Assembly (NCBI GenBank): GCA_040285855.1
Contig: JAUFOQ010000013.1
Coordinates: 1,302,001-1,366,000 of the forward strand
DNA: 64,000 nt
Reading direction: 5' to 3'
Origin: Eukaryota sp. GEM-RC1
Taxonomy: Eukaryota
This document shows, in pieces, positions 38,740-51,242 of the stretch (positions are counted from its first letter, which is position 1; the number at the start of each line of letters is the position of its first letter). Under the pieces are notes generated by a model. The model was not told the origin of the DNA. It worked only from the letters and a program-made list of their open reading frames with translations, and ran no database searches. The translations under genes were made by a program, and so were the position numbers.

Positions 38740-39215
38740 AACAAAAACACTAACATAAACACAAATACTAGAACTCAATATCATTAAAGCAACAATCATT
38801 GCCATTAAAACTCACATCAGCTTTTTCTTCATAAAAAACACTGAGAGCTAATAGAGCTTTTGAAATCATGACAGGAATTGTTTTAAATATTGTAAAAACA
38901 ATACGACTCAACCAAAATTTGAAATCACATTCCTTGTTCATTCTTTTTTTGACCACTTTCTCAAAATCAGAGAGAAAACAAAGAGCATCTCTTCCAAGTC
39001 GACCATAAATTGAAATTGCAGAAGGACATAATTTGTACTCAACATGTCTAACAAGTTTAAGAGCAGTCAATGGTTCATCATAGTTGTTTCTCTTGTATTG
39101 TTCTGAAGAATTCAGTGGAGAAACTTCATTTTTAGCATCCTTGAATGCACTTTTTTTGCAAACATCCTCAGTAATCACATCAACAACGGTTTGTTCATCA
39201 TTGACTGATGGAACT
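38740..39215 (-). mobile_element. RLE-type non-LTR retrotransposon 3' fragment
   Basis: EQTVVDVITEDVC...EQYKRNNY...LCPSAISIYGRLG...WLSRIVFTIFKTIP...CCFNDIEF*. A close paralog lies at 56455-56790. Confidence 0.85.
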
Positions 39216-39474
39216 TTATTTGGTAACCAAAAACTAACATTACTAGAAAATTATGAGTTTGTAAAAACAAGAGCTAGAACATATTCATCTATTTTGTAGG
39301 AATTACTTAAAATCCAGAACCTTGTTTTTTTACTAAATTCCCATTTGGGAAATTTCGACTTCGCTCTGTTTTCAACTAGGAATAACTAAAAGAATTATAC
39401 CATAACAAATCATAATGAATATGAGCGAAAACGATTTTTCATCACGTATTTATACTATTTACACAATAAATTCA

Positions 39475-40500
39475 TCAAAACCAGGTATTGATGCCAAATT
39501 CGATTGAGTTTGATTGAAAACTCTTGTATGTTTTACATCTGCTGCACGAATAACACATATTGTTGAGACTCATGTGTGCGTTTTTACAATAAAATTCACC
39601 ATTCCCAGCGTAACCCACTTCCATTGTAATAGACTTATCTCTGAAAAGGCCTGTGGTAAGAGTGAAATACGGATAAGACATACCCTTCTCAATGTACCTG
39701 ATTGTTGCTAGCTTGCCTTCAAACAGCATACGACCACTGGACATGGGGAAAATGGTTTCAGGGGGGCTGTCGATCCATACACCTGTGGTCAACTTGCTTC
39801 GTGAACTAACCTTCAATCTGTTTGGAGCTGAGTCTAAGCTGGGCGGTCTTGTTATCATTACTGATAGTGATAGCGTAGCGTTCGCAAAATGTCAAGCCGA
39901 TGAGGAGGAGAACGACTGAAAGCAGTTTTGTCATTGAATTCAAAAAAATGAAATCGACCAACTTTTAATTCCAGAGATATACACACGTCACAAAAACTCT
40001 GCTTACTTACAATACAGATCATCGGCAGAAAAAACATAGTGCAGTCTAAGCAACGGAACTGTTCAAATAATACACTTCTTCTGAGAAGCCCATATCCTTC
40101 GATTATAGACCGTTGAAAGATCATTGATGTTGATGTAAAAGTGTGATAACCAAACAGTACCTAGAAAAAACATCCCTATGTCATTGCTGGATGAGAGCCA
40201 GTCACCACGAATAAGTTAAATATGCTCATTTAAAATGAGATGCAAAACATACTTATGAAGTAACATGTTTAAGGTCTAATTCGGATACGACAAGTGCTCT
40301 CATCCCAAAACATTAGTACAATGAGGCCTGGCAGGTGATATGGCAGTGTTGGAATAACATTAGTGCTATTGGAGAAGTATTTTCTGTAATGTATGTTCGA
40401 AATAACTGTCTACGTTAGACAGGCTATTGATTCTTACATTGTAAGGACGTGAGAATCGTCCTGAATCGATTGGACAAGAAAAGATTCAGGAATCAACTTC
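39475..40500 (-). CDS. Probable fragmented or intron-containing hypothetical gene
   Basis: Consecutive minus-strand ORFs 39858-40124 and 39475-39858. Candidate 28-nt intron gtaagaatc...ctaacgtag at ~40410-40437. Structure not resolved. Confidence 0.35.
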
Positions 40501-40548
40501 TTAAGTTCAGTATCTGATAATTTCAACTCAGTTGATACTACTGTACTA

Positions 40549-41086
40549 ATGGGTACAATTGTCCGTCTTGGAAGACAAAAATCCCCTCCTCCTCAAAAAG
40601 AAGGGAGAATCCTATATAGACACAATCCCAGACAATCCTGAGAACAAGGAACTTAGAGACTTTTTGCAACGAGCACCACCTGGAGCAGTCCCAGTCAAAC
40701 CCAACACTCTTGAAGTAGCACAATGTTACAGGTGTAAACAATATGGCCACCGTGCTGGTTCAAGAGCTTGTCCTTTATCCAAGTCTGGAAATCTTGAACA
40801 TGAACATAAACTGCATAAAATGGAGGATCCAATGGCAGAATGGGCTCCAACTCTAGATGCAAAATCCGAGGAGTCTGACCAAGAATCTGAAGATCTTCAG
40901 CTTTTCAGATCTTTTGTCCAAAAAGAACTAGACCGTAAACAATCTCCTAAATACACAGAACATCATAGTCGCAGCAGGAGTCCTCATAGGAGGCATAGCG
41001 AGTCATACCGTCCTTCAGAATCTAGAAAACGAAGGTCAACAGAGAGACCAAGTAAAAGTTATCGTTCTAGGAAAGAATACAGGTGA
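40549..41086 (+). CDS. RP9: RP9/PAP-1-like splicing-associated zinc-knuckle protein with an RS-rich tail; probable A-run frameshift near 40597
   Basis: IPDNPENKELRDFLQRAP...VAQCYRCKQYGHRAGSRACP...GN...EDPM matches the RP9 family core. Confidence 0.8.
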
Positions 41087-41143
41087 TATTTGTGTGAAGT
41101 GTATTAGAAACAATAAATACAATGCAGAAACAACATGATATAT

Positions 41144-41542
41144 CTAGGACTCAAACAGAATCTCTTCATCTAGTTCTGCTTCTAAAGATTCTGCTCGATT
41201 TATAATGTGTTTAAGGTCTGAAAGAGAATCATCATGAGCCAAGATGATTTCTTCTATTTGGGAGTAAGTGTGGCGTGCTGATTCCAATCCCACCTCATCG
41301 TCTTCATTGAGATTATACAAAATGCTTTTAAGTGTAAGTAGAAGATTGGTAAGTATCGATATAGTGTGGTCAGAGAACACCGGTTGTAGAGCATCAAAAA
41401 AAGATGAATCAATTCCAGCTATGGTTGAGATTTCATTGTCAGAAAGTGGGTTATCTCTTGATTTTCTGTGTTTTGAAGATGGAGAACGAAACGTTATGGA
41501 CTGAGGTCGTGATCTCAAAGGTGTTGAAAGAGTTGATTGCAT
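41144..41542 (-). CDS. Small hypothetical protein with an acidic coiled-coil C-terminus
   Basis: 132-aa ATG-initiated ORF, convergent with RP9. Confidence 0.55.
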   Translation of the reverse strand: MQSTLSTPLRSRPQSITFRSPSSKHRKSRDNPLSDNEISTIAGIDSSFFDALQPVFSDHTISILTNLLLTLKSILYNLNEDDEVGLESARHTYSQIEEIILAHDDSLSDLKHIINRAESLEAELDEEILFES

Positions 41543-42294
41543 TGTTAAGGTTAAGGTAAGACCAGAGTGGTTCTACAGGATTATTGTTTTTGAAGTGGAA
41601 AACTTGATGAAGAATCCTCTTAGCACATATTGTTGAACTGGACCAGATCTGTATCTAACCAATCACTACAACGTACATGAACCCAAGCTGTTTGTTTGTA
41701 TCCTATAGCAGAGTTGTTCCTACTCTGTGTCCATATTCAGATGGTTTTAGAGATATTGTATATGGATAAAATGTAAAAGTTTTCATCATTAACACATACC
41801 TGCGTCCCTGTACTTGTAAACATGTTCTTCAAAATTTGTAAAGATGTCCTTCTGTTTGTCAGATAAAACGAAATAATGAAAATTGACTTTTTCTCTAGAA
41901 CAACTGTATTTTAAATTAGGGTATATCCACAATTGGTATACATTAGCATTAAGATGAACTTAAATGATTTAGATGGGTCTGAACAAAACGGTGAAGAAGT
42001 GAACGCGAAGTGAATATATTTGCTCGAGTCGAACTCAAATGATTTAGATGATTTTGAACAAAAATTTGTTTGTCTTTCATTCTTCTTCAATAGTAGAGAC
42101 AATCCAATCACATTGCAAGAGAAAGAGGAACAGAGAATCTCAGTGTGCAGTGGTGTTGAATCACATGAACAACAGAGCTCAGTTAGATTGCTATCTTCTA
42201 TAATACTCCTCACTGTAAGATACGAAGGATAATGTGTTTTGTCAAGATTCAAAAATTGAAATTTAAACAACCCATTTTTTCGACTTCATTCCTC

Positions 42295-43545
42295 ATGTCC
42301 AATCCTTCTTCTAACAGATCAGTTCTAAATCTTAGACCTAATAACAGGCCACAGCACAATCGAAACCCGCCTCGGAACAACCAAAACCGCCCGAGACATC
42401 AACCAGATCTGCTGAATGATTTGATAGAAGAACGTGTTCATCAAGCTTTAGCCGACGTCCTCACTGGTAAGAGAAGACCAAGAGTCGGTCCAGGCGGTCC
42501 AAGTGCAAGAAGGTATTTCTCACACAAACAAATCTCATCTTAGACCACGTCTCGATGACGCCCCAGCTCCCATGTCTCATCCACGACGCCCAAACAACGT
42601 CAATACCTCTGTTGCTGTGGAATTGCATGGTTCTCGCCATCGAGGACTGCCTTTATCTCCGATCTCTACCGTAGAACGCCCCTGTTTTATCACTCACAGG
42701 AATAATCCCATCGTTATTCCTGACAAGCATCAGAAGCCAGCGGCTGGTGATGTGGAATCAGTACTAACTGTGTTCAACAGAAGCGATCCCGAGCTTCAAC
42801 GTCAAGGCAAGTTCCTGTTTGACAAGGAGTATGGGTGCTACTATGGCAACTTCTCTTTGCTGGCGCCAAGAATCAAATTGCGCAAGTGGAAAAAACTCGA
42901 AATATGTGGAATCTTGCCAACAAAAAAAAGCTCAAATGCTTTCTCATCCCAAAACACTGGAATCCCCATCATGAGATGGTGGAGGAACCTATGTTGATTA
43001 TTAGACGACAAGGCAATACCTTTGTTGCTCAACATTCCACCAGTTGGATATTGTACAGAAGAAAAAACTACTCTGGTCAAAATCGTGGTGCTTATCAGAT
43101 GAAGATCAAGGGTTTCATCCAAGAATTCTGCCAAAAGCTCAAACTCCAACTAGGAAATGATCAACCTAAATGGTTCAAGTACTTCTGGAACGGGTATATC
43201 CTATCCAAACATCTTCCTCAGTCATTGAAGGAGATTGAACAAGACCAGATTTGTGGCCAGATATTCACGTTGATTCTGTATCTTCTGGATTACCACACCA
43301 TTGACATAAGATCAATTGATGCGTTTGCTGGTATCGAAAGAACAAGCAGAATGATTTCTGCTGGGCAATTCAATGATTCATGGATCTTGATGCCTCGTTT
43401 CTTACTCGCATCCTTTCAAGGAATCTCTCTTGAGCAGTACAGATTCTCACCAAAGGAAAAAGAGCTTTGTGGAGAATGGAACATGAAAGAAACTGTAGGA
43501 GCAACTGAGATGCTCAAGACGGCTTTTCGAATGATCCGTCTATAA
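42295..43545 (+). CDS. Hypothetical protein with an N/R/P-rich N-terminus; intron 42513-42543 and an A-run frameshift near 42925
   Basis: A 31-nt GT-AG intron joins PSAR|RPRLDD in frame. The third ORF continues after an A8 run. Confidence 0.65.
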
Positions 43546-43945
43546 TTTTTGTATTGTTGTATAAATTTGTTGTTGTTGTTGTTGATATTTTGAGTTTCAG
43601 GTTCTTAGATTAGGCTTTTGGATTTAAAGGATCTACAAGAGACTAAAAATTAATTATAATCATTAAGATGTAGTTTCAACACCAATGTCTCAACAAGTCA
43701 AGATGTATGGAAACCCATCATAACGGAAGACATGATTTAGAAAAACATGATTAGAAGTCGAAGTCTGCACTAATCAAACTCTTGCAAATTACATGTACTT
43801 GTCTAGACATCGTGATGTGAATAACGATGAATTCACATCTTGGCAGTTCCTTAGAAGGATTCAGAAAGATACCTGACATGTCCTTTCACTTTGCTTAGAA
43901 GAATTGAGAAACCCACCACGCACCTGCGAGATTTTTCAAATTCAC

Positions 43946-45001
43946 ATGTCACACACTCTAATTTATATAGATGCTGACAACTTCGATCATAAGCACGCTG
44001 GCTCCCTCCTAACGAGTTTACTAGGAGTATTTGGTCTGGAGGCCATCATCACAGTTTTTCATTCATCGGATGAATGCAGACCTCACCCAAAACAGAAAAA
44101 GAGCGCTGAAGCCTGGACTCGTGCATGTGGAGTCCAAGGACTGGATTTGGTACGTGTACAACCAGCAAATGGACATAAGAACTCCGCAGACATTGCACTC
44201 ATTGTTAGAATTTTCTCCGATCTCTTTTGCAAGAACTCCTTTTCTGAACAACAGCGGAAGGACCTCACCCTTGTCATCGTTAGTGGGGACTCTGACTTTT
44301 ATCATGTTACATCTGCGCTTCGACTTCTTGTCAAGAAGACAATCATCTGCGGGAGGAACCAAATTAATGACCGATATAAGAAGACTACCAGATTCCTAGC
44401 CTACGAGTCTCTAATAGGCATTGAGAAACCCCAACCACCACAAAATGCTGGTAAATTTATCATTTCAGCTCTCTCAAATCTCCCAGGGAATGTACTACTA
44501 AACGTAGATGATATTGAACATCATTTAGTGAATACCAACCTGGGGTATTGGCCAATGCTGTACGGTTGTAAAAGCACTTCAGAACTGCTGAGTCATTTCA
44601 ACGTAGCTATAGGTGACCAGCCTGTTTCTGCTTACTCTATTCTACAAATAATGAAGCCGGAGCGAATCCCACTGAAAGTTATTCCTCCTAGTAAGCCTTC
44701 GAATGAACACGGTTCAGTTCAGAGTAAGAAGTCCAGCCAAGTTTCCACAGTTCAGCATCCACAACAACTACTTAATCGCTCAACAGCTTCTAATCCACAT
44801 ACACATACACAGATTGAAAATTCATTTACGATACATCGCTCTAAAAAACCATCAGCGTTTCAGCTACCAGTATATAACCCTTTTGATCCCAGAGTTAATG
44901 GTGCTTCCAAAGTGGCTTATCAGCAACAGTACCAGTCATCACCTTTTGTACACAAACCTCCGTTGAAAGCAGGTAAACTTATAATAGATCTGGATGATTA
45001 G
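43946..45001 (+). CDS. NYN-domain (LabA/DUF88 PIN-like) RNase with a probable OST-HTH/LOTUS domain
   Basis: IYIDADN, KNSADIAL and VIVSGDSDF carry the four conserved acidic residues. WPMLYGCKSTSELL is the LOTUS-type YG.....LL motif. Confidence 0.85.
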   Translation: MSHTLIYIDADNFDHKHAGSLLTSLLGVFGLEAIITVFHSSDECRPHPKQKKSAEAWTRACGVQGLDLVRVQPANGHKNSADIALIVRIFSDLFCKNSFSEQQRKDLTLVIVSGDSDFYHVTSALRLLVKKTIICGRNQINDRYKKTTRFLAYESLIGIEKPQPPQNAGKFIISALSNLPGNVLLNVDDIEHHLVNTNLGYWPMLYGCKSTSELLSHFNVAIGDQPVSAYSILQIMKPERIPLKVIPPSKPSNEHGSVQSKKSSQVSTVQHPQQLLNRSTASNPHTHTQIENSFTIHRSKKPSAFQLPVYNPFDPRVNGASKVAYQQQYQSSPFVHKPPLKAGKLIIDLDD

Positions 45002-45339
45002 ATTGGTTGACCGTGAAAACACTATCAACTATTGCAAAGTCTGTTTTTTCAGATAAACGTCTGATTTTTAATGTAAATTGTTTGTTTTTGTGGGATTCAA
45101 CAATACCATCCATTTGTTTAATTTCCTGTATCACAGTACATTTCTCACCTTAACCATCTCAACCAAGGGACACACATCAATATCAGTCTATGGTCAGTGA
45201 TTAACAATGAATTCATGGTTGATAGTTCATAGACAGCAAGAATGATCAAGTAATCTGGGCAAACAGCAGATTTTGAGACCAGCTCTGTGCCTCTTGTGAT
45301 ATCCTCCTGAATCATCTCCTGAATGATTCATCAGCAGTT

Positions 45340-47046
45340 TTATGTATACAGAACTTCGAACATTGGAAACAAATGAGATTTATTTACACTTACAAAATTT
45401 GCAAAAATTGATTGCGACTTTGATTTCTTAATTTGTTCACCTTTACACTTTCTTGATTTCCTCTTCCTTTTATCCTGTAAACCTACAGTTTCTACATCAG
45501 TTGTTGCTGTTGGAGTGACTTCTGTCTCTGCAGTAGCATCCAAAATCTCCAAATTGAGTGCATTTCTACCTCCTCTATGGACTCGATAGACGTCCTCTTC
45601 GTTCCTCAACTTGCCATCACCCGGATTAACCACAACATAATCAGGAAGGAGAACACCGTTGCGGTCTTTGATACAGAATCTGGAAGTAGCAATTCCCTCC
45701 TTTTCACTTACTTGATCTTTAATGTGAGCAATTGTTCCGCCAAATTCTCCCAAAGTCACTTTAATTTTTCTTCCTTCTTTTGTAATTACACTGAGCGTCT
45801 GTCCGTTGCCCAGTCGAAGAACCAAATGAAATGTGGACTCGGTTTGGATACCATAGTACTGGAGAGTACGTTCATCTTCCAACTGTTTTCCAGACCAAAC
45901 CAGGTACTGTTGGTCTGAAGGAATACCTTCTTTATCCTGGATCATGTTCTTGATTGCTTCAATTCCTTCATTAGGTTGGACCTTCAGTTTAATGGTTTTA
46001 CCAGTAAGAGTTCTGATAGAGAGCCTCATTTGAGCAGGTTGAATGGGTTCCTGTACTTTCCGAGATGAATCAACATGATTGATATCTTTGAGCCTGTTCA
46101 GAACATCATTAATAGAAGGTCTCTCACTGGGGTCAACTGAAAGACATTTGGTAATCAAAGATGAGATTGGATCAGGAAATCCATCGGGAAAACCTCCATG
46201 AAAAGAGCAAGTACGTTCCTCTTCGTTGGGCATAAAAGGAAGTGTCATATGACCAACACTACGTTTGTTACTGAACATTTCGTACAACAATACTCCAATA
46301 CTAAAAACGTCATATGCTAAACCATAAAGAGTCTGATAAGGTTCTGGAGGAGTGTACTTGGAAGTGCATACTTGATGAGAGGAAGTGTTGTTATTGAGGG
46401 TACAAGAAGAACCAAGATCAGCCAGTTTGACTTGGGAGTTGACCACAATGACATTTTCAGGCTTTAAAGCTGTGTGTACAATTCCTTTTGAGTGTAAGTA
46501 TTGAACAGCAGTGCATATTTCAATGGCTTGTGAAAGAGTTGTGGAAGACAGAGATGTTGGAACTTGCAAATGTCCAGAGCCGAGTTCCATCAACAAACCA
46601 AAGTGATCTGAAATTCTGCTTATACCAAACACTCGTAGGACAAAAGGATGAGTCAGAGAGGCCATGTTGGTGACTTGATGCATGAGTTTTGCTTCATGTT
46701 TCTCGTTTTTCTGCACTAGCTTCAGGGCAACAGTGGTACCAGCCCATTGACAGGGATAAATGGTTGTAGTGGTTCCTCTGTCCAATTCATCATTGAACTC
46801 AAAACTGATATCCTTGGGAGAAATTTCAGGAACTGTGACCAAATTGCCAACAATGGCTGCAACAGCCTCACGGAGGACGAAACAGGCAGCCACATCACAA
46901 ATAGCGGTTTCGCGATGACAGATCGGACAACTGTAATTGAATTTGAGAAACTGTGTTATACACGCGAGGCAGAAGCAATGGCCACAGGGTAGCGTACAAG
47001 CATCTTTAAAGATTGAATCACAAATCGAACAATCCAAGTGAAGCAT
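45340..47046 (-). CDS. RING finger + pseudokinase + two ubiquitin-like domains
   Basis: C3HC4 RING (CSIC...CGHCFCLAC...CPIC). Kinase motifs [14 protein letters not shown] (catalytic Asp lost) and [21 protein letters not shown]...GIPSDQQ...GKQLED...HLVLRLGNG, then a second divergent UBL. Confidence 0.9.
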   Translation of the reverse strand: MLHLDCSICDSIFKDACTLPCGHCFCLACITQFLKFNYSCPICHRETAICDVAACFVLREAVAAIVGNLVTVPEISPKDISFEFNDELDRGTTTTIYPCQWAGTTVALKLVQKNEKHEAKLMHQVTNMASLTHPFVLRVFGISRISDHFGLLMELGSGHLQVPTSLSSTTLSQAIEICTAVQYLHSKGIVHTALKPENVIVVNSQVKLADLGSSCTLNNNTSSHQVCTSKYTPPEPYQTLYGLAYDVFSIGVLLYEMFSNKRSVGHMTLPFMPNEEERTCSFHGGFPDGFPDPISSLITKCLSVDPSERPSINDVLNRLKDINHVDSSRKVQEPIQPAQMRLSIRTLTGKTIKLKVQPNEGIEAIKNMIQDKEGIPSDQQYLVWSGKQLEDERTLQYYGIQTESTFHLVLRLGNGQTLSVITKEGRKIKVTLGEFGGTIAHIKDQVSEKEGIATSRFCIKDRNGVLLPDYVVVNPGDGKLRNEEDVYRVHRGGRNALNLEILDATAETEVTPTATTDVETVGLQDKRKRKSRKCKGEQIKKSKSQSIFANFVSVNKSHLFPMFEVLYT

Positions 47047-47397
47047 TGGACTAAGAGAATGAGAATTTTAATTTCGTCTTTCTTTAAATTCTTTGACATG
47101 ACACCTACGTGTTGCTTGATAGTGACCAATCCAACTTACACAAAAAACTCTTAATTCCTTAAGAGATCTGCAGTTCAATCACTAAACGCCTCTGCTATTG
47201 TTATTGAGCTAGTTAAAAATCATAGAGGAGAAGAACATGTGTTTTACATCTATATGTAACAAAAATAGCTGATTTTTTTGAAAGCTATGGTATTCTTCCG
47301 GCATGATTCAACTACAGGACATGTTTACATGTCCATGTTCACTGTATTGAAAGATTGGTATTAATTGAACGTTGATTTCTGTTAACAATATATTTAA

Positions 47398-49004
47398 TTA
47401 TGTCCTGGATCTTTTAATTTTCCCACCTTTCCCACCTTTCTTCGATTTCCTTTTGAAATTGAGAAATCTATCAAGTGGACAATCATCACCGACAGCGGGT
47501 TCTAAAACCTCCAAATAGAGTTGATCACCGAAGTCACGATCATAACAGACTTCATCTTCTTTGGGTCTATAACCATAATGGTACACTAAGACGTGATCTT
47601 GTAGGACAACACCGTTGCGGCCGTTAATGCGTAGTCTTGAAGCAGAAACTCCCTCCTTTTTACATATTTGGTCCTTAATGTATGCAATTGAACCATAATC
47701 TACTCCAATTTGTCGTCCTTCCTCCGTAACAACAGCAATTCCTTGTTCACTCCTAAGTGGAAGTACCAAATGAAGTACAGACTCTTCTTGAATACCGTAG
47801 TACTGAAGATTATGTTCACCTTCCAGCTGTTTTGCATTCGATCCCCGGTTCAGCCATACCAGTCGTTGCATGTTAGCAGGAATACCTTCTTTTCCTGGAT
47901 CATATTCTTGATTGATTCTACAGTTTCATTTGGTTGGACCTTGAGTGTGAAGGATTTTCCAGTGAGGGTTTTGATAGAGAGATTCATTTGTGCGGGTTGA
48001 ACACGTTCCCTTTGTAGTGGACGAGACGAATCGGCTCGATTGACTTCTTTTAACGTTTTCAGAACATCGTTAATAGAAAGTCTTTCATTGGGATTAACTG
48101 AAAGACATTTGTTAATTAAAGAGGAAATTGATTGAGGAAAACCATCCTAGTCGGGAAAACTAAATGAATGTTTCCGTTGTTTAGCCATAACTACTTGAAG
48201 AACACCCATGTGTTCAAAGGCAAGTCTATTGGCAAACATCTCATAAAATAAAATTCCTAGACTATATATATCAAATGCCATGCCATAGATCTTATCAAAT
48301 GCTTCTGGAGGTGTGTACTTGGGCGTGACTTGCAAAGTGGAAGTGTAGTTGTCAACAGATCGAGAAGAACCAAAATCGGTTAGTTTAACCTGAGAGTTGA
48401 CCAAAATGACATTCTGAGGTTTAATGTCATGGTGAACTAAGCTCTTTGAATGTAGATACTGGACAGCAGTGCATATGTCAATGGCTTGTGATAGAGTGGT
48501 GGCGGAAAGAGATGTTGGAACTTGCAAATGTCCAGAGCCGAGTTCCATCAAGATGCCAATGTGATTCGGAAGTCTAGTTATACCAAATACTCGAAGGACA
48601 AAAGGATGAGACAGAGAAGTCATATGAGACACTTCTTGCAAGAGTTTTGCTTCGTTCTGACCGGTTTTCCGAACTAGTTTAAGAGCAACAGAGGTGCCAG
48701 CCCAATCACAGGGATAAACAGTTGCAGCTAAACCATTTCCCAACTCATCATTGAAGTCAAAACTGATGTCATTCGATGAAATTTCAGGCACAGAGGCAGG
48801 ATTGTTTACAAAAGATTCCACAGCTTCACGAAGAGCGTAACAGGGAACAACATCGTTCAGAGAGGTCTCACTGCGACAATTGGGACAACTGTTGTTTTGG
48901 CTGAGCCACTCAGTTATACACGCGAGACAGAAGCAATGACCACAGGGAAGTGAACAAGCATCTTTAAAGATTGTATCACAAATCGAACAATCCAAGTGAA
49001 GCAT
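47398..49004 (-). pseudogene. RING + kinase (catalytic motifs intact) + two ubiquitin-like domains; in-frame TAG at 48147-48149 and an A-run frameshift near 47890
   Basis: HHDIKPQN and TDFG are intact. Reading through the TAG continues DGFPQSISSLINKCLSVNP...MNLSIKTLTGKSF, collinear with the 45340-47046 paralog. Confidence 0.8.
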
Positions 49005-49696
49005 TGGACTAAGAGAATGATTAACAGATTTCTAATTCTTTCATATTTGTAATTTCTGAAGAGCTGCGGATTACTACTTGTTGTAGTGACAAAAATGGGC
49101 ATATCAAAATGAAAACTGTAAGACCACTGATATCAACTACTAGTACATGTAGTAGCAAGCATCTATTCTACTCTTTCAGTCAGCAACAACTACACACGTT
49201 ACCGTTCAACAAACTAAACAAGAAGCGTTTCTTGTATGGATAAGTATGTGTATCATCATTCGATGTTGTTCATAAACGCGCAAACTGGCTTCATCAGTAT
49301 TAAACATGAAGTTTAAATATCGAAGCCACTATTCAAAGATTTTGATTTGTTTCTTGAATCAAGGAACTAGAATAAAGACTTTCCGAATAGAAGATTCATG
49401 TAGTACAAAATCCACTTCAAAGATCATAAAACTATTATATTTTAAGGTTTTTCATCCTTTTGTTTCATTTTTGATTATTCAGTTACCAGTGTTCCTAGTT
49501 TAAAACTTACTAGTACAGTGTAAGTGTAAATATGGACACGGTATACAGTAAGTATTAATACAAAGTTTGTCAGATACGGACAAACGATTATTAATCAAAT
49601 ACGTGTTACTTTCCGTCTTCCTTAGCTTCGACGACTTTCAAAATTAATGATTAAATGAAATGTTCTTCATTCTCAAGTATTTCGTTTAAAAGAATA

Positions 49697-50376
49697 TCAT
49701 TGGTAACGATTCTTCCTACCAGAATCGTGGAACATATTCGTATAGCAACTACGGAAATTATCCTTTGGCATTGTTATTCCAGATATGTACTTAATGTGAT
49801 AGAAGAATGTTGAATCAACCCACTTGTATCTTTCAATGTGGCAACTTTCTTTCAAATATTTATGTTTTTTGTTCTCAGTGTCATCAAAGAACAACTGGTG
49901 GAAACAGAGATAATATGTTATTGAAGAGAGTCCGCAATTGAAAAACTGATCACATCATCTGATACTCAAGCTGATTTCTTTTGTGAAAGGTTTACGATGC
50001 ATTATGGATTTGAATGAATCAATAGTCTTTGAAAAAAAGTGTTTGAAGATAATGAAGTAATACAAAATATTCAGCTCTTGAAACTGCTGAAGGAACAAAA
50101 CTAGATCGTTGTGATGAAAAAACAATCCGTTTATGTTTCTTCCTTGTTCAATTGTTCCTAACGGAACGTTTGGGTTATTCGGAGCAAATTTTCGCACATC
50201 GTTCGGCCAGACGTGTAAGCAATATGGACATTTTGTATTTATAATTTTAAATAAAAGGCGTTGTTTAATAAAAGTAAGGTTAAGATTGTAAGTCATTAGT
50301 ATGATTGAACTGGAATGAGCAATAGAAAGGAAAGAAGTGAGATTTTGGTCTATTGCCAAATGAAAAGAACACTCCA
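49697..50376 (-). pseudogene. Possible degraded gene of unknown function with an in-frame TGA at 49955
   Basis: ORFs 49955-50392 and 49697-49894 are in the same frame, separated by one stop codon. No confident homology. Confidence 0.3.
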
Positions 50377-50390
50377 TCTTCTTTTCTAAC

Positions 50391-51242
50391 ATGACCGACT
50401 TCCGTATTGCTTTTCTTGGCGTATGAATGTTTAAACCCTCTAATTTGCAGATTGGCCATATGGGTATGGCTATCCTAGAGGGCTTGTCAAATCAGGCAAG
50501 ATTCCTGCCTCTAATGTTTTGGTTTACGATCTTTCTGAGAAAGCTGTTAATCACGCTCTCAGCCTTGGTTGCCTCCAAGGATCTTTGAATCAGGCACATG
50601 AAAACTACATCCTCAACGTTCCGTATCTTCTTTTTGCTCTCCGTCCTCAGCAATCTGCTGAGATCCTCGAATCTCTCCCCCCTCACAGACAAGCATTGTC
50701 TGATCTCCGTTGTTGGTGGTTGGAACATTGACATTACTCGCAAATATGCTAAAGACTGCAGAATCGTTCGCGTTATGCCCAACACTCCCTTAGCTGTGGG
50801 TCAGGGCTGTACCGCCATTGCCTCTGATTCTCCTTGCAAACCCGAAGATCTTGAAGTTTCTGAAGTTGTCTTTGGTTGCTCCGGAGAAGTCATCAAACTT
50901 CCCGAAGATAAGTTTGACGCCATTACCGTTGTCAGTGGATGTGGACCTGCCTATATGTTCTATGTCATTGATAACATGATGAAGAAAGGCATTGAGTTGG
51001 GATTGGAACCGGAAGTTGCCAGAAAAGCAGCTTGTCAGACCATGAAGGGATCAGCTATTATGGCCAGTGAGTCTAGTCAGACTGTAGAATCTTTGTGGAG
51101 AGCCGTGTGTAGTCCTGGTGGTATTACCATTGAAGCAGTGGAGGAGTTCATTAGAAGAGACATGGGAACTATCATTGGGGATGGAATGCAAGCAGCATTT
51201 GATACTTCTGTTAACTTTTCTAAGGGAAATTTGAAGAAGTAA
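50391..51242 (+). CDS. proC: Pyrroline-5-carboxylate reductase; intron 50421-50450 and two homopolymer frameshifts
   Basis: Splicing gives IAFLG|IGHMG (Rossmann GxGxMG). Also VRVMPNTP, DAITVVSGCGPAY and VCSPGGITI. Confidence 0.92.

Noticed and set aside
48147..48149. TAR->Gln alternative genetic code suggested by the in-frame TAG
   Set aside because: Conserved genes here end at TAA or TAG (V-ATPase A, PP2C, P5CR, eIF3i), and this TAG comes from a 6-bp insertion relative to the paralog.
49697..49960. GT15/Kre2-like mannosyltransferase (IERYKWVDST resembling RWGDAP)
   Set aside because: The resemblance is too weak to support without a profile search.
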